64,000 bases of DNA from Gemmatimonas sp. (GTDB lineage Bacteria; Gemmatimonadota; Gemmatimonadetes; Gemmatimonadales; Gemmatimonadaceae): assembly GCA_965279375.1 (NCBI GenBank), contig OZ257156.1:5245735-5309734 (forward strand), in the 5' to 3' direction. A program made the position numbers and the translations under genes. Positions 62,591 to 64,000 of the stretch are shown here, piece by piece. Every line of letters starts with the position of its first letter. Within the stretch, counting starts at the first letter, position 1. The notes under the pieces were generated by a model that made no database searches, was not told the origin of the DNA, and worked only from the letters and a program-made list of their open reading frames with translations.

Positions 62591-64000
62591 TTACGGCGTG
62601 ATCTTGGGCGTCTGCTCCACGTTGTAGATGCTGTTGAAGAGCATCTTGAACGTGCCGTGCGGCTGTCCGCGGAAGGTGATCTCCGGACCGAACAGGAACA
62701 TCTTGCCGCGACCCAGCGTCGCCTCGACGGCAGTGGTGCCGCCCTGCAGGTAGTTCTGTCCCCACGCCCAACCGCTGCGCAGCGGCGTGGCCGTGTCGAA
62801 CCACGCTACGGGACGAACGCCACGTGCAGCGGCATCAGGCGCGAGACGGAACACCGGGTTGTTGTTGAAGAACATGTCCGTGTGCCCCTGGAGGCCCAGC
62901 GCCGAAGAGGCGGTGGAGTCCGTCGCCACGCGCAGCACCGAGCCCGGCACATAGTACTTGTCCGACGCGAGACGGGTGTCGGCCTCGCCCGGGCGCTTGT
63001 CGACCATGTAGTCGGAGATGGGCAGGCCAAGCTGCTGGCCGATGCGCGCCGAGTTGCCGGCGGCGACGAGAATGCCGCCCTGCTCGACGAACTTCTTCAG
63101 GTTGGCGAGGGCGTTCTCGCCGTTGCCAGTGCCCTTGGTGACTTCGCACAGGCTGCGCAGGTCGGGATCGGTGGACGGCGCCGCTTCGATGTCGCGACCG
63201 CCACCGCCGCCCCCACGTCCACCCGCACCACCCACGCCGCCGATGTTGCCGTCCGACGGGAGCACGATCACGTCATACTTGCCCTTGAGATCGCTGTCGT
63301 CGAAGCCGGCACCGCAGACGACCTTGAACGGGAATTCAAAGCGCTCGAGCAGGAAACGCGTCCAGCCGGACGACATCGAGCCCGTCTGCGAATCCCACAG
63401 CGCAACGCGCTTGGTCGACAGCTTGTTGGCATTGGCTTCGGGCTTCGCGTTCGTGCCTTCCACGCTCACGCCGAGCTCCTTCGCCGCCGCCTGCAACGCC
63501 GTCGCAGCGGACGCGCTGGCGGTGACGTAGAACGAGCCTGCGCCAAACGTCTTGCCGTTCGCGGTCATCGGACGCGTGAGTCGGAAGACTTCACCGTTCG
63601 CCTTGAGCACGCGATTGGCGACCGTGAACGCATCGTTGACTGCGCCGGAGAGCAGATAGCCCGCCGCACCATTGGCGCCAGCAACCGTGCCGGCGAGCGG
63701 CGAGGCGAGGCCCTTGATCTCGACGAAGGGACCCTTCACTTCGTCCATGAACCGATCGAACTGAATGCCCATCTGATACGCGAGCGTCCAACCCGCGTTG
63801 TCGTACGGACGCTTCGGAATCCCACGCTCGTCCATGTCGTTCGGATGATCCTGCGGCTCGAACATGTCGATGACATGCGCGCGACCGGCCTGCGCCGAAT
63901 GCACAACGTACGAGCCGGCACCGTAGTTCTTGCCATTCACTGTGAACGGCGCCGTCGCCTGCTGCACTTCCACGCCGACGTAGCGAATGGCGTTGACGAA
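62591..64000 (-). CDS. C-terminal part of a large M14-type zinc carboxypeptidase-like protein, 5' end outside window
   Basis: PYDNAGWTLAYQMG, GWTRFLLERFEF, YDVIVLP, LKKFVEQGGILVA, FRGQPHGTFKMLFN; catalytic part not visible. Confidence 0.7.
   Translation of the reverse strand, partial: FVNAIRYVGVEVQQATAPFTVNGKNYGAGSYVVHSAQAGRAHVIDMFEPQDHPNDMDERGIPKRPYDNAGWTLAYQMGIQFDRFMDEVKGPFVEIKGLASPLAGTVAGANGAAGYLLSGAVNDAFTVANRVLKANGEVFRLTRPMTANGKTFGAGSFYVTASASAATALQAAAKELGVSVEGTNAKPEANANKLSTKRVALWDSQTGSMSSGWTRFLLERFEFPFKVVCGAGFDDSDLKGKYDVIVLPSDGNIGGVGGAGGRGGGGGGRDIEAAPSTDPDLRSLCEVTKGTGNGENALANLKKFVEQGGILVAAGNSARIGQQLGLPISDYMVDKRPGEADTRLASDKYYVPGSVLRVATDSTASSALGLQGHTDMFFNNNPVFRLAPDAAARGVRPVAWFDTATPLRSGWAWGQNYLQGGTTAVEATLGRGKMFLFGPEITFRGQPHGTFKMLFNSIYNVEQTPKITP

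Overview
GC-rich (roughly two-thirds GC by eye), densely coding bacterial chromosome segment. Gene content and style suggest Gemmatimonadota (Gemmatimonas-like); this is an inference. About 50 CDS are supported. Housekeeping genes: pfkA, rhlE, lon, hemH, PBP1A, Gln-dependent nadE, fused 2-oxoacid dehydrogenase E1 alpha/beta, tag. Signalling genes: GGDEF-EAL, an MCP, three Hanks-type Ser/Thr kinases, a YtrA-type GntR with its operator. There is also a complete cyanophycin cluster (cphB-cphA-extra Mur ligase, with divergent iadA) and a cobalamin riboswitch upstream of a class II (B12-dependent-type) ribonucleotide reductase. I saw no tRNA, rRNA, CRISPR array, IS or prophage. Most notable observations: (1) a CphA paralogue lacking the whole ATP-grasp domain, directly downstream of cphA; (2) a B12 riboswitch that looks like an OFF switch in front of an apparently B12-requiring RNR; (3) a ferrochelatase closely resembling animal mitochondrial FECH, including all four [2Fe-2S] Cys; (4) two 86-nt REP/RPE-like palindromes in frame inside a secreted amidohydrolase gene; (5) a DExH helicase with motif Ia placed before motif I. 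All family calls come from motif recognition by eye; no database searches were run.
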